A stretch of DNA of 64,000 nt from Minisyncoccota bacterium (GTDB lineage Bacteria; Patescibacteriota; Minisyncoccia; SW-4-49-11). The notes below the pieces were generated by a model that worked only from the letters and a program-made list of their open reading frames with translations, was not told where the DNA came from and made no database searches. Numbering within the stretch: position 1 is the stretch's first letter; each line of letters begins with the position of its first letter. The stretch is from contig JALQTA010000001.1 of assembly GCA_023264145.1 (NCBI GenBank), forward strand, positions 15,465 to 79,464. Reading direction: 5' to 3'. Position numbers and translations under genes: made by a program. This document shows, one piece after another, positions 10,473 through 20,404 of the stretch.

Positions 10473-11486
10473 CTAATCACAGCTAAGACCACTACGAAGA
10501 TTTTTTAGATTATCTTCCATGATAGTAATAAAGGATGTATTTGATTCAAACTGAGCTTGTGTGATATTGTGAGCACCATTGAGCATAAGAATAGGAACAC
10601 CTGTTTCATTTGATACGGTCTCCGCAATACGAGGCTCTATCAGTTCTTCACTAAAGACTGCTTGAGCATTTTCGGCTCGGATGGTTTTTACCAGATTCGC
10701 AATATCTTGAGCGGAAGGTTCACTATTAGGACTTAATTCTTCAGTTGTTACATATTCAAGATTGTATTTTTTTGCTAAATATCCAAATGTTCTATGTCCA
10801 GCTTGAACGATAGTTCTATTTTTACACGTACCAAGAGTGGTAGAATATCGAGCATCTAGATTTTGAAGTTGTTGAATATAATTAGTAGTATTTGTTGTTA
10901 GGGTAGTATTATCAAATGTATTTAAAGAAGCGAGAGCTTCAGAGATGGTATTTGTTGCGGTAATAGTATTAGAGAAGTCTAACCAGAAATGAGGGTCTAG
11001 AGTATGATCTTCATGGTTTTTCTCTTCTTTATCATGTGCATGATCATCTTTTCCTCCATGATCGTGGCTATGCTCTTCTCCTTCAATAAGAGTAATATTT
11101 TTACTTGCGTCCACTACTATTACCGATGAAGGTAATGTTGCTACAATATCAGCTACCCAAGGTTCCATCTCATTCCCTGTATAAATAAATACATCTGCAT
11201 TTTGAATAGTCGTAATATCTTTAGGTGTTGGTTCAAATGAATGAGGCTCGACTCCTGGAGGGAGTAATAAAGAGACATCTCCCGTGTCAGCTGCTAATTG
11301 TTTGGCAATGTCATAGAGAGGAAATAATGTTGTAACAATAGTTACTTTTTCAGGAGTGACAGATTCAGAAGCATCATTGTTTTGTGGGGTTGATTGCCTA
11401 TTTTCACTGAGTACCAAGGTAACTGCGATAATACCCAAAATAATGGGAATGAAAAGAAGTAAAAGTCGAGATTTTTTCATATACAT
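10473..11486 (-). CDS. znuA: Zn ABC transporter substrate-binding protein (ZnuA/AdcA-like)
   Basis: EPHSFEP, His-rich loop, DPHFWL; N-terminal membrane anchor. Confidence 0.9.
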   Translation of the reverse strand: MYMKKSRLLLLFIPIILGIIAVTLVLSENRQSTPQNNDASESVTPEKVTIVTTLFPLYDIAKQLAADTGDVSLLLPPGVEPHSFEPTPKDITTIQNADVFIYTGNEMEPWVADIVATLPSSVIVVDASKNITLIEGEEHSHDHGGKDDHAHDKEEKNHEDHTLDPHFWLDFSNTITATNTISEALASLNTFDNTTLTTNTTNYIQQLQNLDARYSTTLGTCKNRTIVQAGHRTFGYLAKKYNLEYVTTEELSPNSEPSAQDIANLVKTIRAENAQAVFSEELIEPRIAETVSNETGVPILMLNGAHNITQAQFESNTSFITIMEDNLKNLRSGLSCD

Positions 11487-11593
11487 TATTATTTATACTA
11501 TGAATCAAATATATCATATATGCAAATTATTCGCAAATATCGAAAAAAGGGTGTGTTATACTATATATAGTGCATAAATAGTATAAATATCAT

Positions 11594-12229
11594 ATGATTG
11601 GGTTTATTCGTAAAAGTATAGGTATAGGATTGATATCAGGAGTTTTTTTTATTGTATATACTAATTCATCTATTAATCATGATTCTACTCCATTTGTAAC
11701 TAAGGATATACAATCACTTTCTCCACATCGAGTAGGGTTGGTACTGGGAACAAGTGAAAGAACAATGACAGGTCGTGATAACCCCTATTTTGTGAATCGT
11801 ATTAAAGCTGCCGTTGAACTATATGAAGCTGATAAAATTGAGAAAATCTTGGTAAGTGGTGATAATGCTCAAATTTCATATAATGAACCTCAGGCCATGA
11901 AGGAAGCCTTGCTTGCTCAAAATATTCCAGAGGGAGATATAGTACTTGATTATGCTGGATTTCGTACATTAGACTCAGTAATTAGGGCTCGCGAGGTATT
12001 TGGACAGACTGATATTATTATTGTGTCACAAGAGTTTCACGTGAAAAGAGCAGTATATATTGCTCGTACCAGAGGTATTGATGCAGAAGGATTTATTGCT
12101 GATGGAGTTCCATTATCTTCAGATATTCGTACTCAGATCCGAGAAATTTTAGCGAGAACTCAAGCTTGGAGTGATGTTCATATTCTTAATCGTCAGCCAA
12201 AGTTTTTGGGAGAAAAAGAAATAATATAA
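11594..12229 (+). CDS. sanA: SanA/YdcF (DUF218) family protein
   Basis: LVSGDN..YNEP..M, LDYAGFRTLDS, SQEFH..RA, REILAR. Confidence 0.88.
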   Translation: MIGFIRKSIGIGLISGVFFIVYTNSSINHDSTPFVTKDIQSLSPHRVGLVLGTSERTMTGRDNPYFVNRIKAAVELYEADKIEKILVSGDNAQISYNEPQAMKEALLAQNIPEGDIVLDYAGFRTLDSVIRAREVFGQTDIIIVSQEFHVKRAVYIARTRGIDAEGFIADGVPLSSDIRTQIREILARTQAWSDVHILNRQPKFLGEKEII

Positions 12230-12268
12230 ATCTAAAAAGAGAGTTCATATGAACTCTCTTTTTAGATT
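12229..12268. terminator. perfect 40-bp palindrome; bidirectional terminator between convergent sanA and rpmB
   Basis: AATCTAAAAAGAGAGTTCAT|ATGAACTCTCTTTTTAGATT. Confidence 0.8.
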
Positions 12269-12281
12269 ATGGGAGTTATTA

Positions 12282-12482
12282 TTAAGCAGCGAGGCTTTTA
12301 TTAATAGTTCGAATACAAGTGGTACAGGCCTTTACTTTGGTTCCATCAGGAAGCGTATAAGGCTGTACATTTACTTTTTGAGTATGCTTACTGGTAGGGT
12401 TATAATTTCCACGCAATAATTTACGCTTGGTTACAACCATCGCTTTTTTTGTACAAATTGGTAATTCACATCGTCGAGACAT
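12282..12482 (-). CDS. rpmB: 50S ribosomal protein L28
   Basis: MSRRC..C, NVQ, KACTTCIRT; size 66 aa. Confidence 0.85.
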   Translation of the reverse strand: MSRRCELPICTKKAMVVTKRKLLRGNYNPTSKHTQKVNVQPYTLPDGTKVKACTTCIRTINKSLAA

Positions 12483-12565
12483 ACTATAAAATTAACGGTA
12501 TTATTGAGATTAATGACAAAATATGGTATTATTATACCGGTAAAGATAATAAAAGTCAACTCCTT

Positions 12566-13195
12566 ATGGATATAGCTATTACATTAATTTTATTTCAAAT
12601 TATTATATTGATTTTTGCAGTTATTGTTCATGAGGTATCTCATGGAGTCATTGCCTTGGCTCTTGGCGATCCAACAGCCAAACTAGCGGGAAGATTAACA
12701 TTGAATCCTATTCCTCATATTGATATATACGGATCTATTATTCTTCCCGTATTAATGGGGGTACTGAGTAGTGGGGCATTTATGTTTGGGTATGCAAAAC
12801 CAGTACCGTTTAACCCATATTTGTTGAGAGATCAAAAATGGGGTCCAGCTTTGGTAGCTTTAGCGGGACCTGGTTCTAATATATTATTAGCCTTAGGATT
12901 AGGAGCATTATATCGTATCGCGGGATTATTTATGGTTATACCTACAGAAATAGGACAGCTATTTGGTATTGCTATTATTATCAATATTGTCCTTGCGGTT
13001 TTTAATTCAATTCCCATTCCGCCTCTAGATGGGTCGAAAATGATTGCACCTTTTCTTCCATACCGTGTATTAAGAAGCCAAGCTTATACGGTATTAGAAC
13101 AGCAAGGTATGTTTTTGGTCTTGCTCTTTGCATTATTTGGATTTAGATTATTAAGTCCTATTGTTTTTGGATTAGCTAATCTTATTTTGGGGTAG
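12566..13195 (+). CDS. site-2 protease (M50) family membrane metalloprotease
   Basis: HEVSHG, GRLTLNP, ALAGP, NSIPIPPLDG; start placed at ATG 12566. Confidence 0.92.
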   Translation: MDIAITLILFQIIILIFAVIVHEVSHGVIALALGDPTAKLAGRLTLNPIPHIDIYGSIILPVLMGVLSSGAFMFGYAKPVPFNPYLLRDQKWGPALVALAGPGSNILLALGLGALYRIAGLFMVIPTEIGQLFGIAIIINIVLAVFNSIPIPPLDGSKMIAPFLPYRVLRSQAYTVLEQQGMFLVLLFALFGFRLLSPIVFGLANLILG

Positions 13196-13196
13196 T

Positions 13197-13475
13197 ATGC
13201 ATGTGAGTCTTATTGTTTCAGGACGAGTGCAAATGGTGAGATTTCGTGTATTTGTTGTAAAGTGGGCGCAATACTATGATGTTTGCGGAACAGTTCAAAA
13301 TAATGGAGATGGAACGGTGAAAATTGAAGCATGGGGAAGTAAAGAATCCTTACAATTACTCATACAAAAAGTACATAAAGGATCTCGACTGTCTCGCGTT
13401 GACAATGTGGCTGAGGTTTGGGATAATAAGGGGTATAGTAATTCAGAACCTCGGATTTTTAAGTTAATACACTGA
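13197..13475 (+). CDS. acyP: acylphosphatase
   Basis: GRVQMVRFR and GTVQN.GDGTV motifs. Confidence 0.85.
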   Translation: MHVSLIVSGRVQMVRFRVFVVKWAQYYDVCGTVQNNGDGTVKIEAWGSKESLQLLIQKVHKGSRLSRVDNVAEVWDNKGYSNSEPRIFKLIH

Positions 13476-13477
13476 AT

Positions 13478-13933
13478 ATGATACAGATACTCCTTATAGA
13501 AAATGTTCCCAAAATCGGTAAGAAAGGTGATATTGTTACCGTATCAGATGGATATGGAAGAAACTTTTTGATCCGTAAACATATGGGAGTTATCCCTACT
13601 TCTCAAGATATTGCTAAATATAAAGCTCAGATTGATAAAGCTCATTACACAGAACAAGCAAGAATACAAGAGTTACAACAGTTAAAAGAAAAGTTAGAAG
13701 CTTATTCCATTACCTTTACTGTTAAGACAAATAAAGAAGGGCATTTATTCGGTGCTATTAAGGAATCAGATATTATATTACGTATTAAAGATTCTTTTGG
13801 TATATCCCTAGATAAATCAATGATAATCATTGATCATCCAATTAAAGCAATTGGAGAATATACTGTTCAAGTACATTTAACCCCTATTATCAAAACTAAG
13901 ATACAACTGTATGTCAAATCGGAAATCGAGTAA
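13478..13933 (+). CDS. rplI: 50S ribosomal protein L9
   Basis: GKKGDIVTVSDGYGRNFL, LFGAI, PIKAIGEY. Confidence 0.95.
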   Translation: MIQILLIENVPKIGKKGDIVTVSDGYGRNFLIRKHMGVIPTSQDIAKYKAQIDKAHYTEQARIQELQQLKEKLEAYSITFTVKTNKEGHLFGAIKESDIILRIKDSFGISLDKSMIIIDHPIKAIGEYTVQVHLTPIIKTKIQLYVKSEIE

Positions 13934-15566
13934 AGCAAAAAAATCTAATCCCAAATATATCTTTGTAGTAGGTGGGGTAATGTCAGGAGTAGGGAAGGGG
14001 ATTACTACTTCATCTATGGGCCTCATTCTTCAATCAAGAGGGTTTAATGTGACGGCAGTTAAAATTGACCCCTATGTTAATGTTGACGCGGGTACAATGA
14101 ATCCTCTTGAACATGGGGAAACTTTTGTGTTAGCGGATGGATTGGAATGTGATCAGGATATGGGAAATTATGAAAGATTTCTTGATACGCAATTGACGCG
14201 TACTAATTATATGACTACAGGATCAATTTATTTGTCAGTTATTGAGCAGGAAAGAGCATTAAAATTTGGAGGTAAATGTGTAAGTGTAGTTCCTCATATT
14301 CCTAATGAAGTTATACAGCGAATCAAAAGGGCACAGCAAGAACAAGATGCAGACATTACTATTGTAGAGATTGGTGGGACGGCAGGAGAATATGAAAATT
14401 TACTCTTTTTAGACGCAGCTCGTCTTTTGAAATTAGAAAATCCTCAAGATGTGTTATTTGTATTGGTAAGTTATTTACCTATTCCAAATAAAATTGGAGA
14501 AATGAAAACCAAACCAACTCAACATGCCTCACGTTTGCTCAATAGTGCCGGTATTCAAGCAGATATGATTATTGCACGTTCTACTCATGCATTAGACGAG
14601 ATTAGGAAACAAAAACTTTCTGTTATGTGTAATGTTTCAGTAGATGATGTTATCTCAGCTCCAGATGTTGATAGTATTTATCATGTACCGATTAATTTTG
14701 AAGATGATAATGTTTCTACAAAAATATTAAAAAAATTAGATCTAAGGCCACGTAAAAGAGATTTAAAAGAATGGACATCATTTACCCAAAAAATTGATGC
14801 AGCTAATAAAGAGGTTAAAATTGGAATTGTCGGGAAATATTTCAGTAGTGGTAACTTTGTATTGAGTGATGCCTATATTTCTGTGATTGAGGCAATTAAG
14901 CATGCAAGTTATTTTTATCGTATTAAGCCAGTAATAGATTGGATAGATAGTGCTGATTTTGAAAATGATCCTAAAAAAGTTTCAACCTTAAAACAATATG
15001 ATGGAATTATTATTCCAGGTGGATTTGGTGAGCGTGGGGTAGAGGGTAAATTAAAAGTAATACAATATATTCGCGAAAATAAAATTCCTTATCTAGGTTT
15101 GTGTTATGGGATGCAACTCGCTGTAGTAGAGTTTGCACGTAATGTTGCGAAAATCAAGAATGCACATACCGCAGAAATAGATCCTAAAACTTCAGATCCA
15201 GTAATTCATATTATGCCTGGGCAAGATACCAATATAGAACAAGGTTCTATGGGAGCTACTATGAGATTAGGAGAATATGTATGTGATATTACCCCAAAGA
15301 CATTAACGCGAAAACTCTATAATAGCGCTCAGGTTCAAGAGAGGCATCGTCACCGATATGAGGTCAATAATACCTATCGTGAAGAATTAGAAAAAGCAGG
15401 ACTTACCATTGCTGGAGTAAACCCAGATAATGATTTAGTGGAAATTATTGAAATTCCAAAACACCCATTCTTTATTGGAACTCAATTCCATCCTGAATTG
15501 CTATCTCATCCAACAAATCCACATCCGCTATTTAAGGGATTTATTAAAGCTTGTCACAAAAAGTAA
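13911..15566 (+). CDS. pyrG: CTP synthase
   Basis: GGVMSGVGKG, KIDPYVNVDAGTM, KTKPTQH, GLCYGMQ, ERHRHRYE, QFHPE. Confidence 0.98.
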   Translation: MSNRKSSKAKKSNPKYIFVVGGVMSGVGKGITTSSMGLILQSRGFNVTAVKIDPYVNVDAGTMNPLEHGETFVLADGLECDQDMGNYERFLDTQLTRTNYMTTGSIYLSVIEQERALKFGGKCVSVVPHIPNEVIQRIKRAQQEQDADITIVEIGGTAGEYENLLFLDAARLLKLENPQDVLFVLVSYLPIPNKIGEMKTKPTQHASRLLNSAGIQADMIIARSTHALDEIRKQKLSVMCNVSVDDVISAPDVDSIYHVPINFEDDNVSTKILKKLDLRPRKRDLKEWTSFTQKIDAANKEVKIGIVGKYFSSGNFVLSDAYISVIEAIKHASYFYRIKPVIDWIDSADFENDPKKVSTLKQYDGIIIPGGFGERGVEGKLKVIQYIRENKIPYLGLCYGMQLAVVEFARNVAKIKNAHTAEIDPKTSDPVIHIMPGQDTNIEQGSMGATMRLGEYVCDITPKTLTRKLYNSAQVQERHRHRYEVNNTYREELEKAGLTIAGVNPDNDLVEIIEIPKHPFFIGTQFHPELLSHPTNPHPLFKGFIKACHKK

Positions 15567-15591
15567 ATAGAGAAAGGAAGAAGTGTCCATA

Positions 15592-15620
15592 TTGACAAAT
15601 ATACACTTTTATTGTATAAT
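15592..15620 (+). promoter_or_regulatory. sigma70 promoter of rpsP
   Basis: TTGACA-17 bp-TATAAT. Confidence 0.75.
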
Positions 15621-15658
15621 TGTGAGAAGTATAGTATAAATTATAGTTATTAGAAGAT

Positions 15659-15940
15659 ATGTTGCGAATTCGATTGTCCCGAGTAGGAAAGAAAAACACT
15701 CCTATTTATAAAGTAGTTGTAGCGGAAAAATCACGACCAGTAAAGGGGAAATTTATCGAATCTTTGGGAGTATATAATCCAGGGAATAAAGATCAGTCTC
15801 TTAATGCTGAAAGAATTAAATATTGGATTTCAGTAGGAGCACAGCCTTCACAAACTGTACATAATCTTTTAGTTAGACATAATATTATTGAAGCGACAAA
15901 AATTCCAGTAACTCGATTCAAGGCGAGTGAATCAAAATAA
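15659..15940 (+). CDS. rpsP: 30S ribosomal protein S16
   Basis: MLRIRLSRVGKK, GKFIESLGVYNP, GAQPSQTV. Confidence 0.96.
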   Translation: MLRIRLSRVGKKNTPIYKVVVAEKSRPVKGKFIESLGVYNPGNKDQSLNAERIKYWISVGAQPSQTVHNLLVRHNIIEATKIPVTRFKASESK

Positions 15941-15949
15941 TATCAATCA

Positions 15950-15998
15950 TAGACTTTACTAATCAGGAGTATTAAGAGTTCGAATCTCTTAAGTCTAC
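15950..15998 (+). ncRNA. tRNA-like element lacking an anticodon arm
   Basis: 7-bp stem TAGACTT/AAGTCTA, hairpin TACT-AATCAGG-AGTA, T-arm AAGAG-TTCGAAT-CTCTT; followed by a T-run. Confidence 0.5.
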
Positions 15999-16105
15999 AT
16001 TTTTTAGAGGAAACACCATTTCTGTTTGTATTAACATGATAATTTTAGATACGAGACAGTTATAGGAGATATACTCTTGAAGAAAAATAGTATTAATAAC
16101 AGTAT

Positions 16106-17872
16106 ATGCAATCAAAACGACCGCAAAATCAGTCACAGTTCAAGAACAATCGTTCTCGATCTCAGGGTAAGAATTTTGCTCAAAAACGAACCATTCCCGA
16201 GACATCTCGACAAGCCTTAAAAATTATTCCTCTTGGAGGATTAGATGGAGTAGGGAAAAACATGTATCTCTTTGAACAAGAGAATGATATTTTAATTGTG
16301 GATATGGGGCTTCAAATGCCTGGAGCAAATCAACCGGGTATTGATTATCTTATCCCTAATACGCAATATTTATTAGCTAATAGTACGAAAATCAAGGGAG
16401 TTGTACTTACCTCTCCGCATCCTGATCATATTGGAGCGGTACCGTATTTATTACACCTATTCCCTAATTTACATATTTATGCAACAGAGGCATTATTTGC
16501 TATCTTAGAATCTCGACAAGATTTTTATTCTCAAGGAGTGAAGTATAAAAAACATATTATTAAACCCTATAATTCAGTTCGTGTAGGATCATTTAAGATT
16601 AATACCTTTCCTGTTCCGTTTAATGTTACTGGTGCAGTAGGTCTATGTATTTATACGATGCAAGGTAAGGTGTTTTATTTATCAAGTTATAAATTAGATA
16701 CTGAAGAGGTATCGACTCAGAGTGAAATGCTTGATTATGTAAAGGAGTTAGCTGGAGGAGATGCTTTTGCTTTATTATCAGGGAGTATTGCTAGTGAGTC
16801 AAAAGGGTTAGCTCCTACGGAAGCATCGATAGCTACCTATATCAATGAAGTAGTTTCTCGAAAAACAGGAACTATTTATATTGCAACCTTTCCATCAATG
16901 GTAGGAAGAATGCAGCAAATTGTCAGTGCTGTAGAGGCTCATAACAAACATTTATTTATTGAAGGTAAAAGTTTACTGAATACCTTTAATACCTGTCGTA
17001 AAAAGGGAATGATTCAAATTCAATCAGGGACCATTGTAGGACCAAGTTTACTTCCTGATATTCCTCGTGAATCATTAGTCATTTTGATTTCTGGATCTCA
17101 TGGAGATGATATTCCTCATTTGATGAAACTTGCCAATAATGACCATAATACCTTTACCATTCAAGCTGGAGATATTGTGATGTATCCAGGAGCACTTATT
17201 CCAGGAAATGCTCGATCAGCAGCGAAGGTGAATGATAATTTTGCGAAATTAGGAGCCTTTGTAGAATATTATCAGCCCCTAGATACTCAACATAGTGCTT
17301 ATGCACGACAAGAGGATACCTTAGCTCTCTTAAAAGCTATTCGGCCTAAATACTATATTCCTATCTCGGGATCTCATCATTTATTGAGATCTAGCGGGGA
17401 TATTGCTATTACAGGAGGATATCCTGATCGTAATGTAGTAGTAGGAATGAATGGAAAAGTAATATTATTTGATTATAAACAAAGACGTATTACACCAGAA
17501 AAAGTACCTACTACCGATGTTATTGTAGATGGTCTTGGAGTTGGAGATCTTACTAATGTAGTGATTCATGACAGACAAACTATGTCTGAAGAAGGAATTT
17601 TACATATCGTAGCTTTATTAAATCCTGATGCAAGATCTTTGGTGGGAGATATTGTAGTTGTTTCAAAAGGCTTTGTGGACAATGAATCTTCTGAAAAATT
17701 GTTTAATGAAATTAAAGAACAGACTCGACTTATTATTATGGCACTTCTTGCGCAATCTGATGAAGTAAATATGTCATATATTCGTGATGAAGTGAAAGAA
17801 AATATTAGTCGACTCCTTCTTACTAAAACTGAGCGTAGACCAATGCTTATTCCTATAATAATGAATATTTAA
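16106..17872 (+). CDS. RNase J paralogue with degenerate active site
   Basis: IIPLGGLDGVGKN and RRPMLIP termini; TSPHPDH replaces THGHxDH and other metal ligands are lost. Confidence 0.85.
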   Translation: MQSKRPQNQSQFKNNRSRSQGKNFAQKRTIPETSRQALKIIPLGGLDGVGKNMYLFEQENDILIVDMGLQMPGANQPGIDYLIPNTQYLLANSTKIKGVVLTSPHPDHIGAVPYLLHLFPNLHIYATEALFAILESRQDFYSQGVKYKKHIIKPYNSVRVGSFKINTFPVPFNVTGAVGLCIYTMQGKVFYLSSYKLDTEEVSTQSEMLDYVKELAGGDAFALLSGSIASESKGLAPTEASIATYINEVVSRKTGTIYIATFPSMVGRMQQIVSAVEAHNKHLFIEGKSLLNTFNTCRKKGMIQIQSGTIVGPSLLPDIPRESLVILISGSHGDDIPHLMKLANNDHNTFTIQAGDIVMYPGALIPGNARSAAKVNDNFAKLGAFVEYYQPLDTQHSAYARQEDTLALLKAIRPKYYIPISGSHHLLRSSGDIAITGGYPDRNVVVGMNGKVILFDYKQRRITPEKVPTTDVIVDGLGVGDLTNVVIHDRQTMSEEGILHIVALLNPDARSLVGDIVVVSKGFVDNESSEKLFNEIKEQTRLIIMALLAQSDEVNMSYIRDEVKENISRLLLTKTERRPMLIPIIMNI

Positions 17873-17873
17873 T

Positions 17874-19649
17874 ATGAAATCATATCATCATTCTGAAGTT
17901 AAGAGAGGAACTACTTTTATAAATGACTTAAGTCATCAAAGTAATCAATATCTTAATGCAAAAGAACCATTTAATACTAAAGACCCGCTGTTGAAGATTA
18001 TTCCCTTAGGAGGATCAGAAGAGATTGGAGGTCGAAATATGACTGTTATCGAATACGGGAAAGATATCCTTATAGTGGATATGGGGATGAAATTCCCTGA
18101 AGAAGATCAGCCTGGTGTTGATTATATTATCCCTAATCCAAGTTATCTCAAGGGTAAGGAAGATAATATTCGAGCCGTTCTGATTACTCATGGTCATATG
18201 GACCATATTGGGGGAGTTCCTCAAGTAATGGCTATGATTGGAAATCCTCCTATTTATGCTCCTGCATTACCATTAGCTATGATGCAAAGAAGACAAAGTG
18301 AATTTACGAGTCTTCCTCAGCTGAATGGAAAAGTAATTAAACTGAATGAAAAGTTAAAATTTGGGGTATTTACGGTAACATTTTTACATATTAATCACAG
18401 TATTCCAGATTCTACGATGATTAAAATAGAAACTCCAGAAGGAACTATTTTACATACAGGAGATTTTAAAATTGACGCCACTCCATTAGGAGAAGAGCCA
18501 GCAGATTTAGATATGTATCGTAAAATTGGTGATGAAGGAGTATTATTAATGCTCTCAGATAGTACTAGTATTTCTAAACCTGGGCATGCAATTTCTGAGA
18601 CTACAATTCAGAATAATATTGATGCTATTTTTGAAAATGCTACGGGAAAAGTGATTGTTACTACCTTCTCAAGTGCTCTGAATCGTATTCAGCAAATGAT
18701 ACATATTTCTGAGAAATATAATCGCAAGGTAGTTATCGAGGGATTTAGTATGAAGACAAATATTCAAATTTTACATGAAATTGGATATGCTCATTTTTCA
18801 CCTCAGACCGTTATTAGTGCCCAAGAAGCACGGAATTTACCCCCTGAGAATTTGACTATCATTTGTACAGGAGCTCAAGGAGATGAACGTTCTGCATTAA
18901 CACGAATGGCAAATCGTGAACATCGTAATTTTCATATCGAAAAAGGGGATACGGTAGTATTTTCATCTTCCGTAGTACCAGGAAATGAAGAATCTGTACA
19001 AAAAATTAAAGATGCTCTTGCTCGTCAAAGAGCAAATATTATTCACTATAAAATGTTAGATGTACATGTTGGAGGACATGGTCATCGAGAAGATTTGAAG
19101 CAAATGTTAGAGTTAATTCGACCTAAGTATTTACAACCTATTTATGGAGACTTTTATTCTCTTAAATCGCATAGTGATATGGCTCAAGAAATTGGTATGG
19201 ACCGAGATCATATTTTATTAACAGATAATGGTCGAGTAATTCAGGTTTATAAAGGTGAAGCTCGAGTGACAACAGAAAAAGTGAATGCAAGTACTATGAT
19301 GGTAGATGGATTGGGAGTGGGGGACTTGAAAGAAGTTGTTATTCGTGATAGACAAGCTCTGGCCCAAGATGGAATTGTGACAGTTGTAATCTTAGTAAAT
19401 CTTAAACAACGTAAGGTGATACGAGAACCAGAAATTATCTCAAAGGGATTTGTTCATATGCAAACATCGACAAAGTTACTACAAACGATACAAAGTCGTG
19501 TACAAGAACATGTAGAGAAAAAGTTAGCTCATGGCGAAGATCAAAACATTGAATATATTCAGCAAACGGTACGGGAAGATTTAGGACTCTTTTTATTCAA
19601 GACAACTCAAAGACGACCGATGATTATTCCGGTTATTATTGAAATTTAA
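17874..19649 (+). CDS. rnj: ribonuclease J (intact motifs)
   Basis: THGHMDHIG, NHSIPD, HTGDFK, GAQGD, HVGGH, RRPMIIP. Confidence 0.95.
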   Translation: MKSYHHSEVKRGTTFINDLSHQSNQYLNAKEPFNTKDPLLKIIPLGGSEEIGGRNMTVIEYGKDILIVDMGMKFPEEDQPGVDYIIPNPSYLKGKEDNIRAVLITHGHMDHIGGVPQVMAMIGNPPIYAPALPLAMMQRRQSEFTSLPQLNGKVIKLNEKLKFGVFTVTFLHINHSIPDSTMIKIETPEGTILHTGDFKIDATPLGEEPADLDMYRKIGDEGVLLMLSDSTSISKPGHAISETTIQNNIDAIFENATGKVIVTTFSSALNRIQQMIHISEKYNRKVVIEGFSMKTNIQILHEIGYAHFSPQTVISAQEARNLPPENLTIICTGAQGDERSALTRMANREHRNFHIEKGDTVVFSSSVVPGNEESVQKIKDALARQRANIIHYKMLDVHVGGHGHREDLKQMLELIRPKYLQPIYGDFYSLKSHSDMAQEIGMDRDHILLTDNGRVIQVYKGEARVTTEKVNASTMMVDGLGVGDLKEVVIRDRQALAQDGIVTVVILVNLKQRKVIREPEIISKGFVHMQTSTKLLQTIQSRVQEHVEKKLAHGEDQNIEYIQQTVREDLGLFLFKTTQRRPMIIPVIIEI

Positions 19650-19659
19650 TCTTTCATCC

Positions 19660-20370
19660 ATGAGCCCGATTCATCATAGTCAGGCATATCTTATCAAACA
19701 AATAGACTTACCAGATACGGATAGATTAGGGGTGTTTTATACCAGAGAGTATGGAAAGCAAACCTTACTCTTAAAGGGGATTAAAAAATCCACCTCAAAA
19801 TTACAGTATCGATTATATGATTGGGGGAAATCTGATATTGAGTTTATTGTAGGACGAAGTATATCGCGACTTATTGCCATTAAGGATATTGATTCATATG
19901 CAGATATTCATAGCAATATGAATAGTGTAGCTGTAATGGGGCTATTGTTTGAATTATTAGATCAGCTTACGGATGATAATCATCAGGATATTTCAGTGTT
20001 TGAATGTATTGATCAGTATACCTATCTTGTTCGTAACTATGCAGAGAAACCCTATAATCTTATTGGTTGGTTACTTGTTAGATTATTGTACACTCTAGGG
20101 TATGGAATGAATTTATCTCATTGTGTTGTGACAGGGAATACTAAAGCAAAAGATTTTGGTATCAGTATTCGTTCTGGTGGACTTGTGATATCTCAACTAC
20201 AATCAGATATAGATGATTATATTCCGGTTAATAAAGATTTGATTTATGTAATGAGACAATGGCAAAAGGGAGTTTGGGTAGAGATAGAAGATTTTCCCTG
20301 GATTATCGTACAATATCATTTACAATGGTATCGATTACATAGCAATTCATTAAGCTTATTAAAAGTATGA
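19660..20370 (+). CDS. recO: DNA repair protein RecO
   Basis: DTDRLGVFYTREYGK..KG..K..SKL N-terminal OB fold; GYGMNLSHCVVTG; start placed at ATG 19660. Confidence 0.85.
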   Translation: MSPIHHSQAYLIKQIDLPDTDRLGVFYTREYGKQTLLLKGIKKSTSKLQYRLYDWGKSDIEFIVGRSISRLIAIKDIDSYADIHSNMNSVAVMGLLFELLDQLTDDNHQDISVFECIDQYTYLVRNYAEKPYNLIGWLLVRLLYTLGYGMNLSHCVVTGNTKAKDFGISIRSGGLVISQLQSDIDDYIPVNKDLIYVMRQWQKGVWVEIEDFPWIIVQYHLQWYRLHSNSLSLLKV

Positions 20371-20404
20371 TATAATAAAGTTATATTATTTTGTCTCCAT
20401 ATAT

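Noticed and set aside
12449-12565. N-terminal extensions in the ORF track (also at 34228, 37012, 37018 and 38642)
   Set aside because: These upstream starts run through promoters or neighbouring genes. Downstream ATGs fit the domain and signal-peptide boundaries better.
15957-15971. Reading the AATCAGG loop as a TCA (Sec or opal suppressor) anticodon
   Set aside because: The loop lacks U33, the stem directly follows the acceptor strand, and the element is too short. It fits a D-loop better.
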